Of a DNA stretch of 64,000 nt, positions 40,180 through 50,019 are shown piece after piece. Source of the stretch: Sedimentisphaerales bacterium (lineage in GTDB: Bacteria; Planctomycetota; Phycisphaerae; Sedimentisphaerales; SM23-30); assembly GCA_963666285.1 (NCBI GenBank), contig OY762711.1; one strand, given 5' to 3'. The translations under genes were made by a program, and so were the position numbers. How positions within the stretch are numbered: the first letter of the stretch is position 1; every line of letters begins with the position of its first letter. The notes under the pieces are model-generated. The model did no database searches. It was not told the origin of the DNA and worked only from the letters and a program-made list of their open reading frames with translations.

Positions 40180-40779
40180 ATGAATGAAAATACAAAAACA
40201 ATTATATTTGCAGTTGTTCTGGCTATTGCGTGCGGAACACTACTTACCGGCATGAAGGAATTAACCAAAGATCGTCAGGAAGCCAATAAACTGGCTTTTA
40301 GAAGAGAAAATATCCTTCGAGTATTATCTGTTGAACTGCCGGAAAAACCAAATGCAAAATTGATCAATGAACTATATGAAGCTAATGTTTCACCTGAAAC
40401 CCAAAACGGCCTGGAATTCCATAAGCTAGTCAAAAATGAAGAAACCCTGGCTGTTGCAGTTCATTTTGAAGGCCCCGGGCTCTGGAATAAGATTAAAGGA
40501 TATCTTGCACTGGATTCAGAAATGAAGATCATCAAGGGTATCACTTTTTACGAACACGAAGAAACACCGGGACTTGGCGGTGAAATAGAAAAAGAATGGT
40601 TCAGAGAAAAATTTGTCGGGCTGCCATTGGCTGACGCTGAAGGTAAACTGGCAATTAATATAGTTAAACCAGGTGCATCAACACATGATACTGAAATTGA
40701 AGGTATCAGTGGCGCAACAATAACTTGTGAAAAAGTTGAAGACATGTTAAGAGTCCTCAACACAGAATTAAAGAAATAA
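40180..40779 (+). CDS. nqrC: NqrC FMN-binding subunit
   Basis: GPGLW, HEETPGLGGEI, ISGATIT. Confidence 0.88.
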   Translation: MNENTKTIIFAVVLAIACGTLLTGMKELTKDRQEANKLAFRRENILRVLSVELPEKPNAKLINELYEANVSPETQNGLEFHKLVKNEETLAVAVHFEGPGLWNKIKGYLALDSEMKIIKGITFYEHEETPGLGGEIEKEWFREKFVGLPLADAEGKLAINIVKPGASTHDTEIEGISGATITCEKVEDMLRVLNTELKK

Positions 40780-40811
40780 TATTATCAACCTAAACAATAC
40801 CAGGTTAAATT

Positions 40812-41465
40812 ATGGCTGAAGGAAAATGCAAATCCTGCGCATCAAAAATATGCAGCGGAAAATCTAAAGAGACGATGGAAGAAGGTTTATGGAAAAATAA
40901 CCCTATCTCCATCCAACTGCTCGGTATATGCTCTGCACTGGCAGTAACAAGCACTCTAAAAAATTCAATCGTCATGAGCATTGCCCTAACGATTGTCTCT
41001 ATAGGTACAAATATTGTAGTATCATACATAAGGCACATAATACCAAGAAGAATCAGGATGATAGCAGAAGTTGCCATTATCGCTGCTTTTGTTATTATGT
41101 TTGACCAGTATCTGAAGGCATTCAACTTCGAGATGAGCAGACAGCTAGGCCCTTATGTTGGTCTTATTATTACAAACTGTATTGTAATGGGAAGAGCCGA
41201 AGCTTTTGCCCTGCATAATCCTCCAACTTTAAGCGCTATTGACGGGCTGGCAAATGGAATTGGCTATTCGATTGCGATTTGCATGGTAGGAAGTGTACGA
41301 GAGATATTTGGTAAAGGACAGCTTCTCGGCTTCCAGGTACTGTCGGAAAACTGGTACACACCAAATGAAGTTATGGCTCAGGCTCCGGGAGCTTTTATTG
41401 TTCTTGGCGTGATTATTGCAATTGCAAACTTTATCGGAAAAACTAACCTGGAAGAAAAAGAATAG
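40812..41465 (+). CDS. nqrD: NqrD subunit
   Basis: LGICSALAVT, VGLIITNCIVMGRAEAFA. Confidence 0.9.
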   Translation: MAEGKCKSCASKICSGKSKETMEEGLWKNNPISIQLLGICSALAVTSTLKNSIVMSIALTIVSIGTNIVVSYIRHIIPRRIRMIAEVAIIAAFVIMFDQYLKAFNFEMSRQLGPYVGLIITNCIVMGRAEAFALHNPPTLSAIDGLANGIGYSIAICMVGSVREIFGKGQLLGFQVLSENWYTPNEVMAQAPGAFIVLGVIIAIANFIGKTNLEEKE

Positions 41466-41529
41466 AAACGGTTTATTGAATCAATTACATTAAACCTGTT
41501 AAAAATAATAATATATTAGGATTTGATTC

Positions 41530-42135
41530 ATGGAAACATCTGCATGGGTAATATTGATTGCTGCGATATTTACTAACAATATCCTTTTGAGCAACTTTTT
41601 GGGAATGTGTTCATTCCTGGCATGTTCAAAACAGTTGCCAACAGCATTTGGATTGGGAATTGCTGTAACATTTGTAACGACTCTGACTGTGATAATAAAC
41701 TACGGAATATATTATGGCATACTGGTTGAAGACGCACCGCTATGCCCGGCTGATATTACTCATCTTCAGTTTATAGTATTTATTGCGGTTATTGCCGGTT
41801 TTGTCCAATTTGTAGAGATGTTCATAGAAAGAGTCAGCCAGAAGCTATATTTTGCTCTTGGTGTATTCCTCCCACTAATTACAGTTAACTGCGCAATCCT
41901 TGGTGCCGGACTTTTGATTGTAATTCGCAACTATAGTTTTATCCAATCCGTTGGTTTTGGCTTTGGTGCAGGACTAGGCTGGGCTTTAGCAATCCTGCTT
42001 ATGGCAGGTTTGAGGCAAAAACTAAACTACAGTAATGTTCCTAAACCATTCCAAGGTGTTGCCGTTATTATGATAGTGACCGGCATAATGGCAATTGCAT
42101 TTTTTGGATTCAGCGGAATGGTTATTATCGGTTAA
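41530..42135 (+). CDS. nqrE: NqrE subunit
   Basis: FLGMCSFLACS, LGVFLPLITVNCAILG. Confidence 0.9.
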   Translation: METSAWVILIAAIFTNNILLSNFLGMCSFLACSKQLPTAFGLGIAVTFVTTLTVIINYGIYYGILVEDAPLCPADITHLQFIVFIAVIAGFVQFVEMFIERVSQKLYFALGVFLPLITVNCAILGAGLLIVIRNYSFIQSVGFGFGAGLGWALAILLMAGLRQKLNYSNVPKPFQGVAVIMIVTGIMAIAFFGFSGMVIIG

Positions 42136-42256
42136 CAAAAAACGCAATAATACAATATTTAATTGCATGGAACATCACATTTAATGATAAAACTGATCTA
42201 TGCAAAAGAAGGTGAATAACTAAGTACTAAGTATTGAGTACTGGGAACAAATTGAT

Positions 42257-43360
42257 ATGATTTACTTATTCTCTATATTAGTTTTTACAATAATTATTGT
42301 TATATTAACAGCTGCCTTAATCTTTGCCGAAAAAGTACTGGTAAACTATGGTGTATGCAAAATCAACATTAACGATGGTACTAAAGAATTGGAAGTTGAC
42401 GGCGGCCAGTCACTACTATCGGCTTTTTATTCAAACAAAATCTTTATACCATCAGCCTGCGGCGGCAAAGGTTCTTGCGGTTTCTGCAAAGTAACCGTTC
42501 CAAATGGTGGCGGTCCTGTTCTGCCGACAGAACTGCCCTACCTCAACCGAAGAGAGATTAAAACTAATATCAGACTGGCATGCCAGGTAAAAATACGTGA
42601 GGACATAATTGTCACAATGCCGGAAGAATACCTGGCGGTACAGGAATTTGAAGCAGAGGTTATCAGCACTATACCTTTGACCTCTGATATTAAAGAAGTT
42701 CAGTTTAAACTAATTTCACCGGAAATAATGAAGCAGAAAGCAGGCCAGTATATTCAGCTGATGTGCCCTGATGAAGATGACTTCGTTTACCGGGCATATT
42801 CTATAAGCTCACCTCCATCCAAACCTGATATAGTAGAAATCATTGTCAGGCTCGTTCCAGGCGGTATCGGATCTACTTATATCCATAACCTGGAAGTGGG
42901 CGACAAGGTAACCCTTACAGGTCCATATGGTGACTTTATCCTGAACGAAGAGCCTGACACCGAAATGATCTGTGTTGGCGGTGGTGCCGGCATGGCCCCA
43001 ATGAAAAATATCATCTATACAATATATGAAAAATGGCCTGACAGGAAATGCACCCTGTACTTTGGCTGTCGCAATACCTCCGATACAATCTATCTTGACA
43101 TGTTCAAAGAATTTAAAGAAGAACATCCTGCATTTAACTATGTCTATGCCCTTTCAGACCAGCTTGCCCCAGAAGAAGCTGCTTCCTGGGACGGTGAAAC
43201 CGGGTTTATCCATCTGTCTGTTGATAAATACCTGGAAGAAAATACCAAGAGTCAGGCATTCCTCTGCGGCCCGCCGCTAATGATTGATGCAGTCACAAAG
43301 ACATTGAAATCAAAAGGTCTGGAAGATGATGATATCTTCTTCGATGATTTTGGCGGATAA
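42257..43360 (+). CDS. nqrF: NqrF-like [2Fe-2S]/FAD/NAD-binding subunit
   Basis: N-terminal TM, ACGGKGSCGFC, RLACQ, RAYS, GGGAGMAP, LCGPPLM, FDDFGG. Confidence 0.88.
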   Translation: MIYLFSILVFTIIIVILTAALIFAEKVLVNYGVCKININDGTKELEVDGGQSLLSAFYSNKIFIPSACGGKGSCGFCKVTVPNGGGPVLPTELPYLNRREIKTNIRLACQVKIREDIIVTMPEEYLAVQEFEAEVISTIPLTSDIKEVQFKLISPEIMKQKAGQYIQLMCPDEDDFVYRAYSISSPPSKPDIVEIIVRLVPGGIGSTYIHNLEVGDKVTLTGPYGDFILNEEPDTEMICVGGGAGMAPMKNIIYTIYEKWPDRKCTLYFGCRNTSDTIYLDMFKEFKEEHPAFNYVYALSDQLAPEEAASWDGETGFIHLSVDKYLEENTKSQAFLCGPPLMIDAVTKTLKSKGLEDDDIFFDDFGG

Positions 43361-43388
43361 AATATAAGAGCAATAAAACTGTTTAATA

Positions 43389-43805
43389 ATGAGTGTTACT
43401 ATGAAACGAGCTATTTCTCTACTTCTAACATGTTTAACTGTTGTGAGTTCCGGAACCGCAGCTCCTATGGAAGATATCATAGGTCGCCCTATTGTAATTG
43501 TTGATGCCCAAGTCACAGAACCTATTGACGATACAGATGATCGCAAACGGTACCTTATATACTCCATGGTCCTGATCCTGTTCTACATCATATTCCAGAA
43601 TAGCAATTTCTATGGTTTTCAACTGCTTTGTTTATATTTTTCAATTATCTTCTTATTATTAAGCATCAAAAAAGGAATAATAAAAAGTATAGCTGTCTGG
43701 ATTTTGCACATAATATCAAACCCAATCATCGCTGGTATCATATGGATAATAATAGCATTCATATCCTGTACAAATTGGGATAAGTTTATAAGGCATACGG
43801 TCTGA
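43389..43805 (+). CDS. Hypothetical membrane protein
   Basis: Signal-like N-terminus and about 3 hydrophobic segments; 3' end overlaps the convergent FtsK-like gene by 20 nt. Confidence 0.45.
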   Translation: MSVTMKRAISLLLTCLTVVSSGTAAPMEDIIGRPIVIVDAQVTEPIDDTDDRKRYLIYSMVLILFYIIFQNSNFYGFQLLCLYFSIIFLLLSIKKGIIKSIAVWILHIISNPIIAGIIWIIIAFISCTNWDKFIRHTV

Positions 43806-46800
43806 ATTTTTCCAATACCCCCTGTTCTTCACTATAAAATAAAGCCCTATGGAACCCCAGTTGATTAGCTGCCGGGGAATCGATCAGATTACTTGAGTCA
43901 GTCAAAGACATCTGGAACAGAACCCTGTTGTCAAATTCTCGCACCGTAGCCCTGTCACAGGCTCTCTCGAGTGATGATAAGGTATCTACCCAGACAATAG
44001 TATGAATACCAAATACAGGACCCTCTCGTAATAGTTCAGCAAACATTTTATCAGGTTTAGGCTTTTCCTCTGCATCCATTGAAAAGCTGAAATCATCTTC
44101 ACCCTTTCGCAAAACACGATAACGATGCAGTCCGTAAATCATTATAAATACCGGAGGTGCATCAACAACATCATTTTCTGTTCTTTCCTGCAGTTCCTCA
44201 GATAAGGCAGCAAAAGTCTCTTCGACAGCCTTTAGCGGCACATCAATATAGTCAATACCAAGCTCTTCAGCAAGAGCAGTCAGTTTGCCTTCGGTGGCAC
44301 TGCCAGCCGGGCTGCCGTCAAGGATAATATAGCGAGCATCCTTATTCTGGGCAGCAAGTGATTTGATTGCAGCGGCAGCTATTCCTAATGCAGCATCATC
44401 ACGCTGGCCGGTAATAAGCAGGTTAGTTCCACTCTGGCGCTGGAAAGTAACTGCAGTCGGCGACTTAATACTGACAGGCTCACCCAGCCAGGCAACCGGA
44501 GAATGAATATCCGCCTGAGTTTGGCCTGAGATAAAGTCCACCAGCAGTTTATTATCAACAATATGTGCCGGAGCATTTCCTTCAAACACAATCATCTTAG
44601 GTGGCTGATAATTATCTTTTGCTGCCTGAGATACCACTTTATCGATATTATTATCCCTGACCAATTCACTTATCCAGGCAGTCTGGAAAGGACTGTTTCC
44701 TGTAACCATTCCGCCTGCATCATTATAAATTGCCTCACCTGGCCTGTTAAGCAGTCGAGCCGCAGTATTATCATCATCCAGAATAAGCTGAGAATCAGCC
44801 TCAGAACATTGCATTGCAATCCTAACTGCCATCTGACCGATAGTACTTCGAGCCAGAGAAGCCGGACCGCCCAGAGTTTGCGAACCAAGTATCACATGTA
44901 TGCCAAATGCTCGCCCCTGACGGACAAGCTGTTCCAGCAGCAAAGCTGCATTCTGGGAAATCTGGTCATCTTCGCTGAAAAATATCTGGAACTCATCAAC
45001 TATCAGTATCGCACGCGGCAGCTTAATACCAGTTGCTTCTCGATATCCTGCGATATCCTGGACCCCGGCATTACGAAAATCGTTTCCCCGCCTGGTCATT
45101 TCATTGTCAAGCTTCTGCAGAACACTAAGACCAAATTCCCGATCAGATTCAATAGCAACTACCCGGGCGTGAGGCAGCTGTTTTTCGGCATATGCCTTGA
45201 ACTCAACACCTTTTTTAAAGTCTATCAAATACAGCTCAACCTGCTCAGGTGAATACCAGGAAGACATAGCTGCAATTATAACATGCAGCAAAGTAGATTT
45301 ACCGGAACCTGTCTTACCAGCTATAAGAATATGCTGCGACACTCCCCTGCCAAGCTTGAGATACTGCAAACGAGTAGCTCCTGTTCGGCCAATTGGAATT
45401 ACCAGTTCCCGGCCATTATCCTGAGACCAGTAATTCCCATCTTCGGGTACTACACAATCAAAAGGCACTTCCACCCGCAGCGAATCCTGACCGGCTTTGC
45501 CAACTTTATGCATTATATCTGTGATTACACTTTCAGCGGGCGGCATATCAAGAGAAAGAGGAAACTGTGACAAAATACTATCCTGCCAGACAAATGTTCC
45601 ATCTTCATACTTAAGCCAGGTGCTATTCGCCTTTAAATCATCAAGGTCGATACCATCCGGCAAAGGCTGGCGACTGTCAAAGGCTATCAAAGTATAAACT
45701 CCACATCTTGGCCCACTGTTAATTATACTCTTAAGATGCTTAACACTTTCTTCATTGAAATTCTGCGGAAAATCTGCTATCACCAGGAAACGATACGGTT
45801 CGGCGAGCTCGCCGGCCTGCTTGTTGTACTGCTCGATAGTACTGAACTCATTTCGAAGATATTTCTGGATAACATTTTCCATATGAGCAGTAAGGTCTTC
45901 CAGTTGAGACTTAATATGTGAGGGACTGGTCCAGATACGCCCGCCAATAAGAGCTTCTTCATAATCAGCAGCATGCATAAATCCGGCAAAGTTTTCACCA
46001 AGACCAACAGGGTCCACTATAGTAAAATGTACCCTTCCGGCAGGTAACGAAGTAAATAGACGTAACACTGCCGCTTTAAGAATATCAATTGCATCTTCAC
46101 GACCATCTCTTTTTGCCTGCAGCAGCATAGAACATTTATCTGGAAATGTTAATGCCGCAGACATATTCAATTGGTCAGGCAACTCAAGCGGTCCGGCTTC
46201 CAATGCTTTTGGTTCAATTATAGTAGTATCAACCAAAAACTCGCCAACACGAATTTTATCATGATTGGCCCCACTTTGCCAGTTATTCCAGCTTTCATCG
46301 TTCCAGTTTATTTTGAGCTCATTATTTAAACTTTCCACCTGAGAAACTGCAGCCCGGATAACTGCCGCACCTTCTCGCCATCGCTGCATTAGAAGTTCAA
46401 AGTCATTTTCATATCTTTCTGTATACTCACTTTCCTGCTCAACAAATCTCTTTCGGGCAGATGCAGTATTAAGTTCAAAATCTTTCTTTATTCTTTCACA
46501 CTTTTGCTTATTGTCATCCTCAAGCTCTTCAAGCTGTTCTTGCCGCTTCTGCTTCAACTCTAATAGTTTTTTACCGCTTTCGGCATCCAGCTTTTCATAA
46601 GTACTATTTACCTTGGCTTTTGCCTGAGCAACTGCCTGTTCCAGATTTTGTTTAAGCTCAGATTTTTTACTCTCAAGTTCAGCTTTTGCCTCTTCCTTTG
46701 CTTTCTTTAATTCAGCCATTGCCTTAGAGTAACGTATCTCAAGAATTACAAGAGAAGCTGAAAGATCCTGCATAATGCCCTGATATAACTTAACAGCTTT

Positions 46801-47661
46801 GACTTTTCCGCTTCGCCAGAACAGAAAAATACCTGCCAGAGAAACAACAATTGCTCCAAACCCGGCAACAACTCCTGCAATTTTAAACGGCGGTAGAGCC
46901 TGTCCCTGGCTCTCACATACAAACCATGCTCCCGCAACAGCAGCACCACAAACCAGGAGAACAATCATATATGGAACCACACCTGAGGCAATCTTACATC
47001 CGCTTATATTTCCCAGCCATGCAATATTTTCTTTAGCCCTGTCTAATACAACCTTGAATTCTTTATCCGGATTTTTAACTGCATTATTTTCAGGTTCCAG
47101 AACCGCTATTTTATCAGGAGTAATATGATAGCGTTTCATGATCCACTGAGCATATTCCTGCTGCTCGTGGACATGCTCTTTTGCCTTCGGCATAGCCTCA
47201 TCTGTTTCTCGTTTATCCTGAGAACACCGCTTTAGCACAGCTTCATATGCAGTATCTGCGGATAACTGCTCATATTCATTTCCTGCCTGAACATCCTTAA
47301 TTTTTAATTTGGCCTTTGCTTCAGCTTCGGCTTTTTCCTCGGCAATATAATCCTCTAATCGAGTAATATCGCTATCAAATTTGTCTGTAATTTCCTGAAG
47401 CTTCTGTTTGTATTCATTTTCATATTTGTTTACCAACTGATCATATTTAGTTTTTTGCTCTTTAGTAGCCTCTTCAAACTCTCTTTTAACTTCAGATTCA
47501 GAAGACTCTTTTGCCTGCTCTATCTGATCAATCACATCAACACATTTCTCTTTGCTAAGTTTAATTACTTCAGCAAGAGCAGCTTTCTGCAAATCTCTAT
47601 AATCCATCCCGCTAAAATCGGGAGCTTGTTCCTTTAAATAGTCAGCTAGATTATCTTTCAT
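43786..47661 (-). CDS. FtsK/SpoIIIE-domain coupling ATPase (EssC/EccC-like) with coiled coils and two TM helices
   Basis: 1291 aa; HILIAGKTGSGKST, IDFKKGVEF, LIVDEFQ, RQGRAFGIHVILGSQ; two further degenerate RecA-like repeats (GPRCGVYT, REGPVFGIHT). Confidence 0.9.
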   Translation of the reverse strand: MKDNLADYLKEQAPDFSGMDYRDLQKAALAEVIKLSKEKCVDVIDQIEQAKESSESEVKREFEEATKEQKTKYDQLVNKYENEYKQKLQEITDKFDSDITRLEDYIAEEKAEAEAKAKLKIKDVQAGNEYEQLSADTAYEAVLKRCSQDKRETDEAMPKAKEHVHEQQEYAQWIMKRYHITPDKIAVLEPENNAVKNPDKEFKVVLDRAKENIAWLGNISGCKIASGVVPYMIVLLVCGAAVAGAWFVCESQGQALPPFKIAGVVAGFGAIVVSLAGIFLFWRSGKVKAVKLYQGIMQDLSASLVILEIRYSKAMAELKKAKEEAKAELESKKSELKQNLEQAVAQAKAKVNSTYEKLDAESGKKLLELKQKRQEQLEELEDDNKQKCERIKKDFELNTASARKRFVEQESEYTERYENDFELLMQRWREGAAVIRAAVSQVESLNNELKINWNDESWNNWQSGANHDKIRVGEFLVDTTIIEPKALEAGPLELPDQLNMSAALTFPDKCSMLLQAKRDGREDAIDILKAAVLRLFTSLPAGRVHFTIVDPVGLGENFAGFMHAADYEEALIGGRIWTSPSHIKSQLEDLTAHMENVIQKYLRNEFSTIEQYNKQAGELAEPYRFLVIADFPQNFNEESVKHLKSIINSGPRCGVYTLIAFDSRQPLPDGIDLDDLKANSTWLKYEDGTFVWQDSILSQFPLSLDMPPAESVITDIMHKVGKAGQDSLRVEVPFDCVVPEDGNYWSQDNGRELVIPIGRTGATRLQYLKLGRGVSQHILIAGKTGSGKSTLLHVIIAAMSSWYSPEQVELYLIDFKKGVEFKAYAEKQLPHARVVAIESDREFGLSVLQKLDNEMTRRGNDFRNAGVQDIAGYREATGIKLPRAILIVDEFQIFFSEDDQISQNAALLLEQLVRQGRAFGIHVILGSQTLGGPASLARSTIGQMAVRIAMQCSEADSQLILDDDNTAARLLNRPGEAIYNDAGGMVTGNSPFQTAWISELVRDNNIDKVVSQAAKDNYQPPKMIVFEGNAPAHIVDNKLLVDFISGQTQADIHSPVAWLGEPVSIKSPTAVTFQRQSGTNLLITGQRDDAALGIAAAAIKSLAAQNKDARYIILDGSPAGSATEGKLTALAEELGIDYIDVPLKAVEETFAALSEELQERTENDVVDAPPVFIMIYGLHRYRVLRKGEDDFSFSMDAEEKPKPDKMFAELLREGPVFGIHTIVWVDTLSSLERACDRATVREFDNRVLFQMSLTDSSNLIDSPAANQLGFHRALFYSEEQGVLEKFRPYAL

Positions 47662-47706
47662 TTTTGTAGTTTCTCCATGCCTGAAATCTAAATTTTATCA
47701 GGTGCC

Positions 47707-47919
47707 TTACAAACAGTCATTTTTTATCCTGCTTACCAGTGCATCAAGCTGTTCCATAGCGGATTTCGATTTCCTGAGTTCTGTTTCCAGTGGTTCAATA
47801 TATCTCTTTTCAAAATAATCAGCCATCTCATCTCGCCAGCTAAGCCTCAACTCACTCCAATCACGGCCAAGTTCTTTAGCGATAAGAGAAAGTCTTGCAT
47901 GTGCATCTTTAACGCTCAT
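47707..47919 (-). CDS. Small WXG100-like helical protein (70 aa)
   Basis: MSVKDAHARL...LSWRDEMADYFEKRYIEPL; ATG follows the upstream TAA by 1 nt; central W-x-D turn. Confidence 0.7.
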   Translation of the reverse strand: MSVKDAHARLSLIAKELGRDWSELRLSWRDEMADYFEKRYIEPLETELRKSKSAMEQLDALVSRIKNDCL

Positions 47920-47920
47920 T

Positions 47921-48499
47921 TTACTGCCCCATTTCCTGTTTGTCTTTATCGTCAGAACCTTTGTCAAATTCCTGGTCTTGTTCAATCTCACCGTCACGCA
48001 TAAAATCAACCCCTTCCATGGAACTGTAATCGGCATATTTCTCTAGTGAAATAATCATTGATTCCAGGTTTCCGCATGCTTTGGGCAGACTTTCTTCTGT
48101 TATAGATGCCAGTCCCTGAACAGCACCTTTATAATTAAAGATTTCTTTCTCTAGGATACTGCTCCAACGCTTGATTGCCTTAAGCTTCTGCTCAGCTTCT
48201 TCCAGTTGAAACTTTGCCTTCTGATATGCTTTTTCCTCATCCACAAATGAACGCCGATTGCCTAACATTGTCTTTTCGTTTTTCTTTCGCTGCAGCTCTC
48301 GTCGTGCTGTCTGACACTGCTCATGACGTTTGCGATATATAGTCTCCCAATGTTTACGCTGATCCTGGACTAGCCAGTTTCTAAACCGCTGAATATCTGA
48401 CTCAGCCTCACTAAAAGAAGATTTAAGAGCATCCCTGGCTTTAATCAAACCTACCCTGAACTCTTTTAGATTATCTACTGAACTAATATTGGCTCGCAT
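47921..48499 (-). CDS. Coiled-coil protein of the WXG100/FtsK operon
   Basis: 192 aa, all-helical, AAGGA RBS, acidic tail. Confidence 0.8.
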   Translation of the reverse strand: MRANISSVDNLKEFRVGLIKARDALKSSFSEAESDIQRFRNWLVQDQRKHWETIYRKRHEQCQTARRELQRKKNEKTMLGNRRSFVDEEKAYQKAKFQLEEAEQKLKAIKRWSSILEKEIFNYKGAVQGLASITEESLPKACGNLESMIISLEKYADYSSMEGVDFMRDGEIEQDQEFDKGSDDKDKQEMGQ

Positions 48500-48548
48500 T
48501 ATATCTTTCCTTTTTTCGACAAGTAATTAATACAAAGATATCTAATTT

Positions 48549-48821
48549 TTATCTCTGTCTTAGATACTCTTCAATATGATGAGCCTTTTTGAGCAGTGTT
48601 TTTGAATGCATTTCAGACATTTCAAGAAATCTGCTCAATGACTTTACCGTCAGGTCAAACTCTGACGAAAATTTCACCTGCTCCTGGTCGTTCCATGTTC
48701 GCTCAAGGGCACCCATTTTTGCCTTTAAACTGCCAAACAGCTTCTGCATCTCACCGTTAAATCTATTCAGCTCTTTAGCAAACCTTCTCAGTTCATCAGG
48801 ATCTACATTAACCTTGGCCAT
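48549..48821 (-). CDS. WXG100-family (EsxA-like) protein
   Basis: 90 aa; MAKVNVDPDELRRFAKEL...ERTWNDQEQVKF helix-turn-helix with central Trp; CAGGAG RBS. Confidence 0.85.
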   Translation of the reverse strand: MAKVNVDPDELRRFAKELNRFNGEMQKLFGSLKAKMGALERTWNDQEQVKFSSEFDLTVKSLSRFLEMSEMHSKTLLKKAHHIEEYLRQR

Positions 48822-49878
48822 TTTCGTCTCCTGTTTTTATCTCTTGCTTTTCATATAATTTAGGTTTATTTATAAATATCAGCATCAGGACAACACCAAG
48901 TACTATCGAAAAAATCGACAGATTTTGAGATATTGTCAACTTATCAAATTCAAGCGGACTATCTGCCCGTAATCCTTCGATAATAAATCGGCTTATTCCA
49001 TATAGGATCAAAAGGTAGGTAAAGGTTATTCCTTTATTCTTGCGTCTGGAGAAACTGAATAACAGCACCCCACATATTAATAACGCGTTTAAGGAAGAAT
49101 ATATTTGGGTAGGATGAATTTTTTTCATTGGATATTTATCAGAACGCAAATCTGCCACTAAATTTTCCGGTAATTCAGTTATCGGTCTAGGATATTTATA
49201 ATAATCCTCCCTTTTTTCTTTGGGAATGACTTCTTTGCTAACTACAAATTCTCCCTGATCATTCAAATATCCACCATAATATTCCAAAGGCAGCTCAATT
49301 TCCGGACCGGAATCCCTGTCAAAGTCTCGATGCAGCTGATGAGAGTATGGTAAGCTGTAACGTATTGTTTTACCTCCGTTTACCCCCATTTCGGTAATAT
49401 CGTTGACTGCTGGGAAAGTTATCCCCCATGAGTGATCGCAAACCTTTCCATAGCAGCAGCCGTTCATAAAACAGCCAATTCTGCCAAATGCCAGACCAAG
49501 CATAAGGGCTGGGGCCAGGATATCCATATAAACCCTGATTGGCATTTTTTTGATTCTTGCATATATCAGCATTGTAATAGAAGCCGTTATGAAACCTCCG
49601 ACAAACTCCAGGCCGCCACGCCAGATTTTTATGACATCAAAGAAATTATCCTGATAGTCGCTCCAAAAATGAACTACATGGAATATTCGGGCTCCAATAA
49701 CACCGCCAAGCATGGCATAAATTATCAAATTTGCTATATTATCGGGATTTTCACCGACTCTTTTAGCATTTCTACTGGCCAGCATGCCGCCAAAGATAAA
49801 TGCCAAAACCAGCATCAGGCCGTAACTCTGAACTGTAAGGTTTATACCGGGGATTGTAAATACTTCTGGTCTCATCAA
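48808..49878 (-). CDS. lgt: Prolipoprotein diacylglyceryl transferase
   Basis: SYGLM, GARIFHV, IWRGGL, GRIGCFMNGCCYG, HPTQIY, RFIIEGLR. Confidence 0.95.
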   Translation of the reverse strand: MMRPEVFTIPGINLTVQSYGLMLVLAFIFGGMLASRNAKRVGENPDNIANLIIYAMLGGVIGARIFHVVHFWSDYQDNFFDVIKIWRGGLEFVGGFITASITMLIYARIKKMPIRVYMDILAPALMLGLAFGRIGCFMNGCCYGKVCDHSWGITFPAVNDITEMGVNGGKTIRYSLPYSHQLHRDFDRDSGPEIELPLEYYGGYLNDQGEFVVSKEVIPKEKREDYYKYPRPITELPENLVADLRSDKYPMKKIHPTQIYSSLNALLICGVLLFSFSRRKNKGITFTYLLILYGISRFIIEGLRADSPLEFDKLTISQNLSIFSIVLGVVLMLIFINKPKLYEKQEIKTGDENGQG

Positions 49879-50019
49879 TTTTACTCTTCTGGGGTTAATA
49901 TCAATATATTTAAAGAATAAATGTCAAAGATGAGAAAGTAAAGACAAATTTATGCCTGTAAAGTATTTATGTATAGGTTATACGATTGAAAAATACCACA
50001 ATATGAGAAAAATGATAAT

